Position numbers and translations under genes: made by a program
The notes under the pieces: model-generated
What the model saw: only the letters and a program-made list of their open reading frames with translations
Told to the model about the DNA's origin: nothing
Databases searched by the model: none
Shown: piece after piece, positions 1 to 10,703 of the stretch
Position numbering within the stretch: position 1 is the first letter of the stretch
Layout: the number at the start of each line of letters is the position of its first letter
From: a virus
Lineage: Duplodnaviria > Caudoviricetes
Reading direction: 5' to 3' (one strand)
DNA length: 64,000 nt
IMG/VR virus record: IMGVR_UViG_3300029288_000060
Coordinates: 128,001 to 192,000 of that record

Positions 1-706
1 CAGATACAGGATATCTAATTCCTTCTTCTAACATCTTTTTAATTTCAATATTGTAATAAGCTGCTTCCTCTGTTAATCTATCAATTAGACACTTAGTTAT
101 AAAATAATATTGTCCAAAAAAGCTTGTCCATCTATTTGGATGAGAAAAATTCTTAAAAGTTATATGATTTCCTTCTAAGATCTTACTTTCCATTAAGAAG
201 TTATTTTCTTTGGCGTTTGGCATAAAGTCAATTCTTTTCCATCCGTCATACCAATTTCCCGACAAATCAGTTATAGAAAAATTTCTATAATCACCCACAG
301 ATTCGGAAGTAACAACATTCATATCTTTAATTCTTAGTGAAAATAGAAAAGTTTCTTTATTTGCATTTAGTCCTAAAAGACAACCATGTCTATTATCTTT
401 AGAAACAATCATCTGGCCTTCTTTAAGACGAGTTTTTCTAATTCCTTTATATGTAGGTAAATTAATTACAGCATTTCTATCTGCTAATTCATAAAGAAAA
501 CATGCTAAATCTAAATCCGTTCCCAAAAATGTTCCGTCCTCTTCATAAGCAGGACCAGGTTTTCTAGAAAATAAATCATAAGTCCACCATTTAGAAACTT
601 CATTAATTGTTTCAGTGATATCTAAATTTTTATTTAACACATTTACCATTACTGCATTATCTAAAATTGTTTTTAATGTTTGTGCAACTTTTTTTGGTTG
701 GGTCAT
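1..706 (-). CDS. Hypothetical protein, 3'-truncated by the window edge (not in ORF track)
   Basis: ATG at 706 preceded by GGAG; frame MTQPKKVAQTLKTILDNAVMVNVLNKNLDITET... stays open to position 1. Confidence 0.75.
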   Translation of the reverse strand, partial: MTQPKKVAQTLKTILDNAVMVNVLNKNLDITETINEVSKWWTYDLFSRKPGPAYEEDGTFLGTDLDLACFLYELADRNAVINLPTYKGIRKTRLKEGQMIVSKDNRHGCLLGLNANKETFLFSLRIKDMNVVTSESVGDYRNFSITDLSGNWYDGWKRIDFMPNAKENNFLMESKILEGNHITFKNFSHPNRWTSFFGQYYFITKCLIDRLTEEAAYYNIEIKKMLEEGIRYPVS

Positions 707-718
707 ATTCAGCTCCTG

Positions 719-961
719 TTATAAATCTTCTTCTAGTATTAAATAATGACAATTATATTTATAGACAACTTTTAAAGTTTTAACTTGATATTTTAGGGTT
801 TTTGCTAATGTAACTTCATCCATTCTGTAATCTCTACCTTGATAATCTTTAATGTTAAGATTGCCATTACCAAAATAGTTTTTACATCTGCAAGATAAAA
901 TATCATTTAAATTAAATTCATTTGGATATTCTATTTTACCTGTATAAAGACTTCTTGCCAC
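719..961 (-). CDS. Hypothetical protein
   Basis: 80-aa ORF with GGAGG RBS, packed between neighbours. Confidence 0.6.
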   Translation of the reverse strand: MARSLYTGKIEYPNEFNLNDILSCRCKNYFGNGNLNIKDYQGRDYRMDEVTLAKTLKYQVKTLKVVYKYNCHYLILEEDL

Positions 962-970
962 ATAATCCTC

Positions 971-1825
971 CTAAAAGTAATAACTCCCATCAAATCCGCC
1001 TGGAACGCTCTTCCAAGCTATTGCAATAGCATTTGAAGTATGTAAAGATTCTTCATGAGTACATTTAACAATATAATCATATATAAATGGTTCTTTATTT
1101 AATGCATTACAAATTCTTCTTATACTGTCCTCAACAAACTGAGGATTTTTTGCAGCAACTTCTGCGACATGTTGTTCATCCATTCTTCTTAAAATTGGAT
1201 AAACTGTATTGGATACTGATTTTTCTACTAAATCAATTAATGTCTCTAGCCATATAATATTTTCTGGTTTAACTTCAACCAACAAGTCACAAAAACTTCT
1301 TTGGGCATGTGGATAACCACCAGAACCATTTTCTTTTAAGTGATCACATAATGATGCTGAACATGGACAGTAACTTGCATATTGAACTCGAACTTTTTGA
1401 AAGAATCTAAACTCATAATTATCTAATTTTCCAATAAAACCGCATTTATAATATTGTGGAAATGTTATGTTAGATAATGGTGATTTTTTGGTGATGGGCA
1501 TATCAAAAGTAAATTTAATTAAACTATGTTTGGAATCTGTTTCAACTGCAGTTTTAAATTCTGTAAGTATTTGTTTAATAATGTCATGTTTTAACGGTTT
1601 ACTTAAATACTGCATTATTGTTCGTAAGAGCATGCTCATGCTGATCCCTTTTATTTTAGAACTTAAATCAGTAGACATTTCAATGTTTGCTACTAATTCA
1701 TGATATCCCCCATATAAGCTATCTAGAATAAATGGAACATGAACATTATCAACACCTACCTGATTAATGTATATTTGAAAATCTGGAGTTGTTGAATGTT
1801 GGATATCTGGTAAGTTGTCAATCAT
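971..1825 (-). CDS. folE2: GTP cyclohydrolase I, type FolE2/MptA
   Basis: LPDIQ start, KGISMS, SYCPCS, PHAQRS, NPQFVEDSIR and EESLH motifs of the FolE2 family. Confidence 0.9.
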   Translation of the reverse strand: MIDNLPDIQHSTTPDFQIYINQVGVDNVHVPFILDSLYGGYHELVANIEMSTDLSSKIKGISMSMLLRTIMQYLSKPLKHDIIKQILTEFKTAVETDSKHSLIKFTFDMPITKKSPLSNITFPQYYKCGFIGKLDNYEFRFFQKVRVQYASYCPCSASLCDHLKENGSGGYPHAQRSFCDLLVEVKPENIIWLETLIDLVEKSVSNTVYPILRRMDEQHVAEVAAKNPQFVEDSIRRICNALNKEPFIYDYIVKCTHEESLHTSNAIAIAWKSVPGGFDGSYYF

Positions 1826-1839
1826 TTGTACTTTCTCCT

Positions 1840-2124
1840 TTAATAGTTAAGCGTTTCTTGGATTTTTAAATATTCCATAATACTTTTTTTAAATTTAAGG
1901 ATATTTTCATAATACTTTTTTTGTTCTTCTGGATCGGTTGTTGGATAACAACAAATACATTTATCTTCAATATTAGAACAATAAACGTTAAAATATGGAA
2001 GTTCATCTTCATTATTATCGATCCTATTTATTTTTCCATCTTCATCAATACCAAATGATTTTGTTGGAGTTATAAAATCTACATATAATTCGCTACCACA
2101 ATTAGCGCAAAACATTTTTTCCAT
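1840..2124 (-). CDS. Small zinc-ribbon protein
   Basis: N-terminal CANCGS plus a distal Cys cluster. Confidence 0.55.
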   Translation of the reverse strand: MEKMFCANCGSELYVDFITPTKSFGIDEDGKINRIDNNEDELPYFNVYCSNIEDKCICCYPTTDPEEQKKYYENILKFKKSIMEYLKIQETLNY

Positions 2125-2156
2125 ATGTAAAATCCTTTTTTTAAATTAAGGGAGAT

Positions 2157-5100
2157 TTAATTCCCCTTTTCTAACTCCATGTCTACACCTGTAACCAACA
2201 AAGAGTTTCTTAACAAATTAACTGTTTCTGGAATAGTTGAAATATCTGTATCATCTTTTAAATAATTTGAATCAATAATATTTTTTATGTATTGATTTTT
2301 TAAATCAATACAATCAGATTTGGTTGTTAAGAATTCAGTTAAATTATCCAACGCTCCATGTCCTATTAGAGCGCTTTGTTCCATTTCTCCTAAACGCTGA
2401 CCACCATGATTTTTTCTTCCACCAGGTGGCTGTAATGTCTTTCTATTATACAATGAAATAGACCTAAAAGTCATTTTATTTGCAGCAATATGTATCATTC
2501 TAAAGAAATACATAAAACCAACACATATAGGATTTAATATAAAATCATCTGAAGCATAATCAAAGAGTTTATATTCATGTTTAGTATTAGTATATTTCAT
2601 TGCTTTTAAAACCATATCATAATCAGAAGATTCAAATGGTGGCGCAAGTAAGGTAATGTTATTTAAAAAATCTTCATTTATTTTTTCATTTTTTAATTGC
2701 GCTTTAAATTGTTTATAATACCAATTATTTTTCGTATTATCAATTAATTTAATATAGTACAATAAATTCTTTTTAATTTTAGAAATTCTATCAGATTCAG
2801 ATTCATCGGGATTTAATGGGTCATTAAGCATACATATTAATTGAGTTTTTAAATCATTTAAAGACATCGCAAGGTTTGCTTCAAAAACTTGACCTACATT
2901 CATTCTTGAGATAATTCCCAAAGGATTAATACAAATGTCTACATGTCTACCATCTTCCATTTTTGGCATTTCTTCATGGGGTAAAATTTTTGATATTACA
3001 CCTTTATTTCCATGACGGTTGCCAATTTTATCACCGACCTCAATATTTTTTAAATACATAGCTGACATTTCAACATGTATCCCATTAATTTCTTCACCTT
3101 TGATTTTATACTTTCCTGAATGAGAAAACTTATCTAAATTATTATCTCTAATAAATTGTAAAGCTCTAGATTTTGGTAGTCTTGTATAAATTATATTTTG
3201 AAGATTTTTTTCTTCATCTATTTGACGTTGTTGAGTTTTTTCAACCCATTCTGAATACTGTTTAATTTCTTCATTATATTTGTTTACATATATATCTACA
3301 TTCATGACAAATAACGTATTTTTTGTTAATAATGGAATTTCTTCTTTAAAAATTGAATTATATTCTAATGGATTTCCAGACATTTCTTTTAAAATTGCAT
3401 AAGGTTGTCCACTATTAATTATGTCATATTTCTTTTTAAATCTTTTTTCATCTTGTATAGTGTAAGGTCTTGGTAAGGGTTTATATCTATTTTTTTCTAG
3501 TGATAATAAGATTTTTGATTCTGGAATATTAAATGATAAATCTTTTACATGAACAGATGTAAAAATATTTTCTTTAATTAGTCTATCTGAAATAATGATT
3601 CCATCTTCATAGTTATAACCATCCTTTGGCATAATTGCAGTAAGTAAATTCTTACCAAAATTTATTTCACTATTTTTACAATAATTACTCTCAGCAATTA
3701 TATCACCAGCTTTAACTTTATCGCCTTCATGAACATACACTTCCATTAAATCAACATTTTCTACATATATCTTTCTTGCACCTACATTAATTAAATCAAA
3801 ATCTCCATCATCATATACAATCATAACAAAATCATAATCAACATAGATAACTTCACCATCTTTTTTAGCTCTTTTAATAAATTGAGTATAATCTGTATAT
3901 AATCCTTCACAACCAGTTTTAATCATAGGTTGATCAAAATTAAATAACATTATTGCCTGTCTCATTTGAGAAGATGCCATTTGTAATCTTGTCTGGTCGT
4001 CATTCTCTAAAAATGGCACCATTGTAACAGGAATTGAAATTGGTTGTTCTTTTATTGTCTTTTCAGTAAACTTTAAATTATTATCTAAATTAACATTAGG
4101 TAAAAGACTTTGTAATATACCACAATTTTCTCTATCTGGAGTATCAACAGGACAAATTCTTCCAAACATTGATGGTTGAATATCTCTTAGATAATAAGGA
4201 ACATTTTCTCTATTAAATCCTCCTGGTCCAACTAAACTAGTTCTAGATAACATAGTAAGTTCTTCAATTGGATTAATTGCAAAATCAAACTGAATAATAT
4301 TAGACACATTACAATCAGATAAAATTTGAGAAGAATTAATTCCAAATTTTGGATTTTTTGTTGTTCTATTTGCCATACATAAATCAAAAACTGCTTTTGA
4401 AACTCTGGATAATATTATATATTCAAAACACCTTATTCTTTTATTTATAAAATCTGTATCATCAATATTATTAATTTTTATTACATTGATTAGGTCCCCT
4501 AAAACTGTTCCGGTTGTAAAGAATCTTGCTGATATTAAATCAGTTTTAAGGATTAAATCTAACCCATAAATTAAATCCTCGCCTTTAATCTTATAATCAT
4601 ACTTAGAATAATATTTTCCTGCTTCTTTAATCAGGTCTTCTTTAGTATATTTATAAACTTCGTAACCAAGATAAAACTTCTTTAAATCAAATAAAAGTTT
4701 ATCATAAATATCGTAAGTAATTAATTGAATACTTTCATCATCATTAATTTTATCTTGGTCAAACTCAAACATTTTTTCAATTTCTTCACGGGTATAATAT
4801 GAAAATATTACTAAAGATAAGGGCAATTTTTTTCCAAAAATAGAAATGTGTACATAAGGAAATTCTTTCTCTTCTAAAATCATTAAAGATGTAACATTAG
4901 TTCTCATCTTTATTGTTTTTCCTCTAGTAACAAAAGGAATATCAAATAATTGAAATAAAGGTATTTTCCTTTTACCTCCAATAACTAAATAATTATCATC
5001 CACTAATTTTGGAATAAACATAGATAAATCAATTTCTGATTCGCCTTTTTTTAGTTTAATTACTAAATTTTTCTTTAACGTTCTATATAATTCACCGGAC

Positions 5101-5267
5101 GAAAACTTGGATTCTCTAATTCCAAAATCTGTAATTATAAATCCAAGTTCCTCGGCCGGTCTAAGAATTTCTCTAATTATTGATTCTAGATTTTCATAAT
5201 CTTGTTTTCTCAATGTAAATATATTTCTTTCTTGATTAACTTCATAACCAGGATTTATAAATTTCAA
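2157..5267 (-). CDS. rpoB: Multisubunit RNA polymerase beta-like subunit (set 1)
   Basis: GRICPVDTPD, PFLENDD..R.QM.S.QMRQA, GYNYEDG, GDKIGNRHGNKGVIS, NPLGIISRMNVGQ, GGQRLGEME. Confidence 0.93.
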   Translation of the reverse strand: MKFINPGYEVNQERNIFTLRKQDYENLESIIREILRPAEELGFIITDFGIRESKFSSGELYRTLKKNLVIKLKKGESEIDLSMFIPKLVDDNYLVIGGKRKIPLFQLFDIPFVTRGKTIKMRTNVTSLMILEEKEFPYVHISIFGKKLPLSLVIFSYYTREEIEKMFEFDQDKINDDESIQLITYDIYDKLLFDLKKFYLGYEVYKYTKEDLIKEAGKYYSKYDYKIKGEDLIYGLDLILKTDLISARFFTTGTVLGDLINVIKINNIDDTDFINKRIRCFEYIILSRVSKAVFDLCMANRTTKNPKFGINSSQILSDCNVSNIIQFDFAINPIEELTMLSRTSLVGPGGFNRENVPYYLRDIQPSMFGRICPVDTPDRENCGILQSLLPNVNLDNNLKFTEKTIKEQPISIPVTMVPFLENDDQTRLQMASSQMRQAIMLFNFDQPMIKTGCEGLYTDYTQFIKRAKKDGEVIYVDYDFVMIVYDDGDFDLINVGARKIYVENVDLMEVYVHEGDKVKAGDIIAESNYCKNSEINFGKNLLTAIMPKDGYNYEDGIIISDRLIKENIFTSVHVKDLSFNIPESKILLSLEKNRYKPLPRPYTIQDEKRFKKKYDIINSGQPYAILKEMSGNPLEYNSIFKEEIPLLTKNTLFVMNVDIYVNKYNEEIKQYSEWVEKTQQRQIDEEKNLQNIIYTRLPKSRALQFIRDNNLDKFSHSGKYKIKGEEINGIHVEMSAMYLKNIEVGDKIGNRHGNKGVISKILPHEEMPKMEDGRHVDICINPLGIISRMNVGQVFEANLAMSLNDLKTQLICMLNDPLNPDESESDRISKIKKNLLYYIKLIDNTKNNWYYKQFKAQLKNEKINEDFLNNITLLAPPFESSDYDMVLKAMKYTNTKHEYKLFDYASDDFILNPICVGFMYFFRMIHIAANKMTFRSISLYNRKTLQPPGGRKNHGGQRLGEMEQSALIGHGALDNLTEFLTTKSDCIDLKNQYIKNIIDSNYLKDDTDISTIPETVNLLRNSLLVTGVDMELEKGN

Positions 5268-5333
5268 AGTTATCTTCTCCTTTTACTGAATATTATTACA
5301 TTTCTCACGATAATTTTGTTTATTTAATAAAGA

Positions 5334-8096
5334 TTATAAAGATTCTCCACAAATAATTTTATCAAAAATACCTTTATATTTTCCAGACTTTTGAATACCT
5401 TTAATGATTTGTCTTTTAGGGTTAGAAAATCCTAAACCTAAAATCCAGCTCGCTTTTTCAGGAACAGATTGAATGCTGTAATAAACAGGAACTATTTTAT
5501 TCCTATCTTTTACCAATCTCCATAAATTTTCTTGACCATTATCAATTGCCCACATCATCTGAGATACTATACATTCAAAATGAACATGATGTATATTTCT
5601 GCTCCTGTTATATATTTCATATGAATTATCAACTAAGTCTTTATAATTTTTATCTTTTGTTTGATGAAATAGTCTTGATGCTAAAGTTAAATCCCCAACA
5701 ATATCTTTTTGTTTAGATTCTTTATTTTCCTCTTCTTCATCTTTTCCTAATTTTGCAACCCCCGAGTTGTGGAACGTACGAAGTATAAGCTGAGTATTTG
5801 TTTCTCCCAATGACTGCGCCGCGATAATTCCAATAAAATTACTATGAATATTTTTCCATAAATCTCCGTAACATTTATGACATATTTCTTGACTATTGCA
5901 AAAAATTGGACTTCTTATTTTAATAGTTTTGTTTATTAACTCTATTCTGTTTTTTTCTGTAATTTTTTCAAGCTGGTTTTTTTCATTTAGAAAATATCTA
6001 TCTAATAACATTTTTGATTTTTTATCATCGTTTACATAAACATCAAGAAAATCTTGTGTACCACAATCATCAATATCTTTACTTAGTTCTAAATTTGAGC
6101 CTGTAAATAATAATTTTCTCGATAAGTACCCGGAAGTACCAGTATTTAAGGCAACATCTAAAAGACCTTTTCTACAACCATATGTTGAATTGAAAAATTC
6201 TTCTTGTGTTAATCCCTCCAATAAACTATGTTTAATTGGTTTTTCTTTAATCATTCCATTAAAATCTGAAACAAAACCTCTAGAAAATACAATCTGGGAT
6301 GCTTGTTCCCAACTTCCCCTAGCACCTGATTCGATTAAATAAGAATAATTAAAATTATCTTTTAGGAAATTTATTGTTTCTGGGGAAGTAAGTTTTCTAA
6401 TTTTTTCCAAAATTGTTCCGTTTTCTTCATATATTTTATCTCTTAGTTTACCCGAATTTTTTATTTCAAAAGCTTTTAGGGATAATGTAGGACCAAAAAT
6501 AGTTGAATATTTAAATCCAATTTCTTTAATCTTATCTAAAGTATTTGCAACAATATTTTCCGGGTATATTTCTTTAATATTATTCAATATTTTTAAAAGT
6601 TCTTTTTTTCCAACAGGATAATTTATTAACTCATAATCTTCAGGAAAACAATCATTTAAAATTTTAAGAGATTCAGGAACTTTTTTTCCTTTGTAGTCAA
6701 TTATATTTTGCAATTTTGGGAATTGATTCGTACTTAATGTATATATACCTAAAACTATATCCTGACTTGGTAGTGTTGATAATTCATTATTGGCAGCATT
6801 CGTAAAATTTTTTGTAATAATAACTTTTTCCAATAATTCATCTTTTGTTTTTTTAGAAATAGGTACATATACTGCCATTTGATCACCATCAAAATCCGCG
6901 TTAAATCCTGAACATACCAATGGATGTAGTTTAATTACATTATCTTTAGAAATTTTAATCTTAAATGCCACCATACTTAATCTATGTAATGTTGGTTGTC
7001 TATTTAAGATACATAATTCATTTTTAGATAATTCTTCACAAATATTGTATAATGAAAAGTTAGAAAACGTAACACATTGATCTATATAATCTATTGCTTG
7101 ATTTAATAATTTAAATTTACTAAGTTCTATTAATTTTTTAGCAACTGGTAATTTAAATAACTCTAAAAAACCAACATATGGTAAAGAACATTCATCAATA
7201 TTTAAAGCAGGATCTGGTATAATAACAGCTCTGCCAGAAAAATCAATTCTTTTTCCTAGTATATTACCTCTTATTAATCCTTCTTTTTTAGATAATTTTT
7301 CAATAATATGCTCATACAATTCAGTTGCGTCTTTTTGTAATTGTTTAAAATAAGAATAAAAGAGAGTTTTATCCCTAGTAATATCAATAATAGTATCTTT
7401 CATAGATTCTTTTTTGGTAAGGATTTGCATATAGAATCTATTTATTTTATCCACAATTTGATTATTTCTTTCAACTCCTTTTGCTGCAGGCCTTAAATCT
7501 GGTGGTAAAACTAAGATATTTTGAGTAAATAATTTATCAAGATTATCTAATATATTTTTCCATTTACTATTAGGATCATCCTCAACATACGCCATAGCCA
7601 TATTACTAATTAACTCATATATTGCATCCAATTTTTCCCATCTTAAAACACCTGGCGGAACTTTATCTTCTTCAGTTACAAAATAAAAGTCATCTTTTGT
7701 GTATAACACACTTTTTTCATTTTTCATTAACTTATTCAAATACGCTTTTAATTTATTTCCTGCTATATCAATAACTAAATCATACATAATTGGATTAACT
7801 ATTTGAACTGGTAATACTATTTTAGCAAATCTTTTTCTTCTTACATCGCTATTTACAATATCTACACCACAAATTTTACATGTACCACCTGACCTGGAAA
7901 CACCATGATATACATCACATTGACAAGTATAATTCTTTACAGGCCCAAAAATTTGCTCAGAAAATAACCCTTCTGAATGAAATTTTCTTTTGTCAATAAT
8001 CTTAGAAGATGTTATTTCTTTTAAATCTTCACAAAATGCTCCTAAATCAAGAAGTTTTGGCATCTTTTTTATCGACCTCGCTTTCACTTTTTTCAC
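5334..8096 (-). CDS. rpoC: Multisubunit RNA polymerase beta-prime-like subunit (set 1); true start may be MPKLL near 8063
   Basis: GLFSEQIFGP, CxC...CxxC zinc finger, VLPPDLRP, LGKRIDFSGRAVI, NRQPTLH, catalytic NADFDGDQ, TSGYLSRKL, TQLILRTFH. Confidence 0.95.
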   Translation of the reverse strand: MKKVKARSIKKMPKLLDLGAFCEDLKEITSSKIIDKRKFHSEGLFSEQIFGPVKNYTCQCDVYHGVSRSGGTCKICGVDIVNSDVRRKRFAKIVLPVQIVNPIMYDLVIDIAGNKLKAYLNKLMKNEKSVLYTKDDFYFVTEEDKVPPGVLRWEKLDAIYELISNMAMAYVEDDPNSKWKNILDNLDKLFTQNILVLPPDLRPAAKGVERNNQIVDKINRFYMQILTKKESMKDTIIDITRDKTLFYSYFKQLQKDATELYEHIIEKLSKKEGLIRGNILGKRIDFSGRAVIIPDPALNIDECSLPYVGFLELFKLPVAKKLIELSKFKLLNQAIDYIDQCVTFSNFSLYNICEELSKNELCILNRQPTLHRLSMVAFKIKISKDNVIKLHPLVCSGFNADFDGDQMAVYVPISKKTKDELLEKVIITKNFTNAANNELSTLPSQDIVLGIYTLSTNQFPKLQNIIDYKGKKVPESLKILNDCFPEDYELINYPVGKKELLKILNNIKEIYPENIVANTLDKIKEIGFKYSTIFGPTLSLKAFEIKNSGKLRDKIYEENGTILEKIRKLTSPETINFLKDNFNYSYLIESGARGSWEQASQIVFSRGFVSDFNGMIKEKPIKHSLLEGLTQEEFFNSTYGCRKGLLDVALNTGTSGYLSRKLLFTGSNLELSKDIDDCGTQDFLDVYVNDDKKSKMLLDRYFLNEKNQLEKITEKNRIELINKTIKIRSPIFCNSQEICHKCYGDLWKNIHSNFIGIIAAQSLGETNTQLILRTFHNSGVAKLGKDEEEENKESKQKDIVGDLTLASRLFHQTKDKNYKDLVDNSYEIYNRSRNIHHVHFECIVSQMMWAIDNGQENLWRLVKDRNKIVPVYYSIQSVPEKASWILGLGFSNPKRQIIKGIQKSGKYKGIFDKIICGESL

Positions 8097-8406
8097 TTAA
8101 ACAATCATCTGATTTTTTGTCGTCATCCCAAAAAATATCATTATTATTTTGTTTTTGAGTTATTAAAATAAAATGAGCTATTTCCATAAAATGTTTCTTA
8201 ACATAACTTGCTATTAAAGGATCTATTTCTTTCATTATATCTTTCATTAATATTTTAATATTTTTTTCTTTAAAATAATTTTCTTCATTAATAATACCTT
8301 TAATCATTTCTTTAAATTGTAAATTAACATTATTATTTTCACTTTGCTTTTTCATTTGTACCTCTTTTCTTTTTTCTAGATTCAAATAAACTGGTGATAA
8401 AATCAT
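8047..8406 (-). CDS. Hypothetical protein (probable start MKKQSE at 8355)
   Basis: ORF with GAGG RBS ahead of an internal ATG. Confidence 0.5.
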   Translation of the reverse strand: MILSPVYLNLEKRKEVQMKKQSENNNVNLQFKEMIKGIINEENYFKEKNIKILMKDIMKEIDPLIASYVKKHFMEIAHFILITQKQNNNDIFWDDDKKSDDCLSEKSESEVDKKDAKTS

Positions 8407-8536
8407 TGAATATTTCTTTTATGAATTCTAAAATACTATTACACCCTTTTTTAACTACTGGTTCTAAATCCTCTAAGGTTTCATTTCCTATTTTTTTTAA
8501 ATCTTCTTTATATTTTTGTTTTTTTGATTCATTCAT
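8339..8536 (-). CDS. Hypothetical protein
   Basis: 65-aa ORF with GGAGG RBS, overlapping its neighbours. Confidence 0.5.
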   Translation of the reverse strand: MNESKKQKYKEDLKKIGNETLEDLEPVVKKGCNSILEFIKEIFNDFITSLFESRKKKRGTNEKAK

Positions 8537-8879
8537 TTTTTCTATCCTCCACTATTTTAAAATCTTGCCAAGGTTGATAAAATGCACTATCAAAATTAAA
8601 AATCTTAAACATATTTTCGATAATTTGTATTGTTTCATCATTTACAACGTTATCTTTAATAAAATCTGGAAAACAAAATTCTTTTGTTTTTGGATCACAG
8701 TTTGGATGATTGCCTTTATTAATTATTATTTTTTCAATCTTTTTCATTTCATTCGTATATATAGTAAATTCATTTATAATATAATTAGAATTTAAAATGG
8801 TAATATTATAAAGAATTGAGTTACAAATTAACTTATTTGGAACTATTGTTTTTTCTATAACATTCTGTTCAATAATCAT
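8529..8879 (-). CDS. Small E2/UBC-like protein
   Basis: HPNCDPKTKEFCF resembles the UBC HPN-x7/8-C signature; ATGA overlap with the upstream ThiF gene. Confidence 0.55.
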   Translation of the reverse strand: MIIEQNVIEKTIVPNKLICNSILYNITILNSNYIINEFTIYTNEMKKIEKIIINKGNHPNCDPKTKEFCFPDFIKDNVVNDETIQIIENMFKIFNFDSAFYQPWQDFKIVEDRKNE

Positions 8880-9745
8880 GCAGAACCTGTTTCTGGTAAT
8901 AATTCAACGTAATATTTATTATTATGGATACCAACACTAATAATGTAATAATTGAATTGATACGGAAGGTTTTTGGTAAGGGAGGAAAAACTGAAGATAA
9001 TATCTTGAATTGTACTAAAGGTATTTTTTGGAACTATTTTTGTATTATAAGGTGAATGTTTGTCTCCTAAAGAAACTAATAATTCATTATCTTTATTTAT
9101 ATCAATAAGTGAAGAATAATTATTATTTAAATTAATTAATTTTCCATCAAAATCATTATTGTCATCATAAACTATATCCACATCATTTTTGTCAACTAAA
9201 GCTTTTATTCTTTCTGAAATACAATCAATTGGTATTTCAAAAACTTTACGCTTTTTTACCATTAAATTAATCAAACCTTTTTCAAATAATGTCGTAACAT
9301 TCAAAGCAGCATTTTTTAAGTCAATTCTTGTTAATCTTGATGCGTATTTTCCTTCATGTTGCTTTAAATAATTAACATTTTTTCTGCAATCCATAATAAG
9401 ATTTCTAAAAGATATATATAATCTCATATCTATTAAATCTTTTCTATTATAAGTAAAATCTCTACAATCAATAATTAAATCAAACTTTGGGATTTTTGTT
9501 TCGCCTTCTATAAATTTTTTATTTAAAATATTGACTCGACATTTATTATTTAACTTATCGCAAATAGCTTTTGTTTTTAACTTTCCAATATCTTTTTCAT
9601 CATAAATAGAATTCTTAGTATTTTCTAATTCTACAGTATCATAATCTATTAAAAGTAAATTTTTTGTTGAGTCTAATTCTGAAAGATTTTTAGCTAAAAA
9701 TCCTCCAATAGTACCTAAACCAATTATGCAAATATCACTATACAA
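8876..9745 (-). CDS. ThiF/E1-like adenylating enzyme (second copy) with C-terminal extension
   Basis: IIGLGTIGG nucleotide-binding loop, LIDYDTVE, KLKT, IIDCRD. Confidence 0.8.
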   Translation of the reverse strand: MYSDICIIGLGTIGGFLAKNLSELDSTKNLLLIDYDTVELENTKNSIYDEKDIGKLKTKAICDKLNNKCRVNILNKKFIEGETKIPKFDLIIDCRDFTYNRKDLIDMRLYISFRNLIMDCRKNVNYLKQHEGKYASRLTRIDLKNAALNVTTLFEKGLINLMVKKRKVFEIPIDCISERIKALVDKNDVDIVYDDNNDFDGKLINLNNNYSSLIDINKDNELLVSLGDKHSPYNTKIVPKNTFSTIQDIIFSFSSLTKNLPYQFNYYIISVGIHNNKYYVELLPETGSA

Positions 9746-9795
9746 ATATTGCCTCCTATTTATTTGTTCTATTAATTAAAGAAATTTTCTTAATT

Positions 9796-10038
9796 TTATT
9801 CATTTTCCTTCATAATTTTAATCATTTCGTCAATATTTTCTTTTAAAAAAATCATATCCTTAATTGATAATCTTCCACTAGCTGAATAACCAATAGTGCC
9901 GTCTTTTTTTTCATAACTTCTAGTAAATCCAATTTTCGATGGCCCACCATCATATGAAAAAATTGAACATAATAAACTAGATGAACCTTGTTTTAATTCA
10001 AATAGCTTTATCAATTTATCTTTACTCTCATCATACAT
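9796..10038 (-). CDS. PC4/YdbC-like ssDNA-binding protein
   Basis: 80 aa with SIFSYDGGPSKIGFTR...GRLS pattern typical of PC4-fold proteins. Confidence 0.5.
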   Translation of the reverse strand: MYDESKDKLIKLFELKQGSSSLLCSIFSYDGGPSKIGFTRSYEKKDGTIGYSASGRLSIKDMIFLKENIDEMIKIMKENE

Positions 10039-10066
10039 TGTTTGGCTCCTTTTTCTGTTAAAGAAA

Positions 10067-10114
10067 AAGGAGGATTAGAAAAGGTAAATAAAATATATTT
10101 TTCTAATCCTCCTT
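10067..10114 (-). terminator. Intrinsic terminator-like hairpin
   Basis: 16-bp perfect stem AAGGAGGATTAGAAAA/TTTTCTAATCCTCCTT, 16-nt loop, followed by TTTCTTT on the minus strand. Confidence 0.65.
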
Positions 10115-10122
10115 AATTGTTT

Positions 10123-10635
10123 TTATTTTAATTTAAAAATTTGTATTTCATCTCTTGTCGGTTCTGGTTTAAATTCTGATTTATACTTAAAATATTCTCT
10201 TGTTTTTTCTACTGGATAAATGTAAGGTATCGTGACGAATATTCTTTCATATTTTTCAAACTGTCTTGTAATATGAGTAAAACCTAACTTATTGATTTTT
10301 TGTAAAAGTTCACCTTTTAATTCTTCTGATTTTATTTTGAAACATTTTTGTATATTATACAAATCTCTTGAATCATGTAAATTTGGATAAATTTCATGAG
10401 AATCACTTCCTTTGAATATTGCTTCAGCTGCCCTACTCTTTGAAACCTTTCTAGCAATTTTTTTATTATGAAAGTCAATAATAGAACAAATAGCTACACC
10501 TCTTGCTAAAATCTTTTTATCTTCTGAAAACATAACACAAGCAGTAAAGATATTACCTACAAGAGGACAATTATTATAATAAAATCTGATATCATCAACG
10601 CCGCATTCTTTTAGTTTTTGAGCTAAAGTGTCCAT
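10123..10635 (-). CDS. Phage hypothetical protein
   Basis: 170-aa ORF with GGAG RBS; GVAIC..D.....IARKVS..RA pattern common in small phage proteins. Confidence 0.6.
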   Translation of the reverse strand: MDTLAQKLKECGVDDIRFYYNNCPLVGNIFTACVMFSEDKKILARGVAICSIIDFHNKKIARKVSKSRAAEAIFKGSDSHEIYPNLHDSRDLYNIQKCFKIKSEELKGELLQKINKLGFTHITRQFEKYERIFVTIPYIYPVEKTREYFKYKSEFKPEPTRDEIQIFKLK

Positions 10636-10661
10636 AATATAATCTCCATTAAATAAAAATT

Positions 10662-10695
10662 AGGAAGATGAAAATAATATTATTTTCATCTTCCT
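10662..10695 (-). terminator. Perfect 34-bp palindrome, probable terminator closing the Ubl operon
   Basis: AGGAAGATGAAAATAAT-ATTATTTTCATCTTCCT, 8 nt after the Ubl stop, followed by a T-rich tract on the minus strand. Confidence 0.7.
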
Positions 10696-10703
10696 TTCTT
10701 AAA

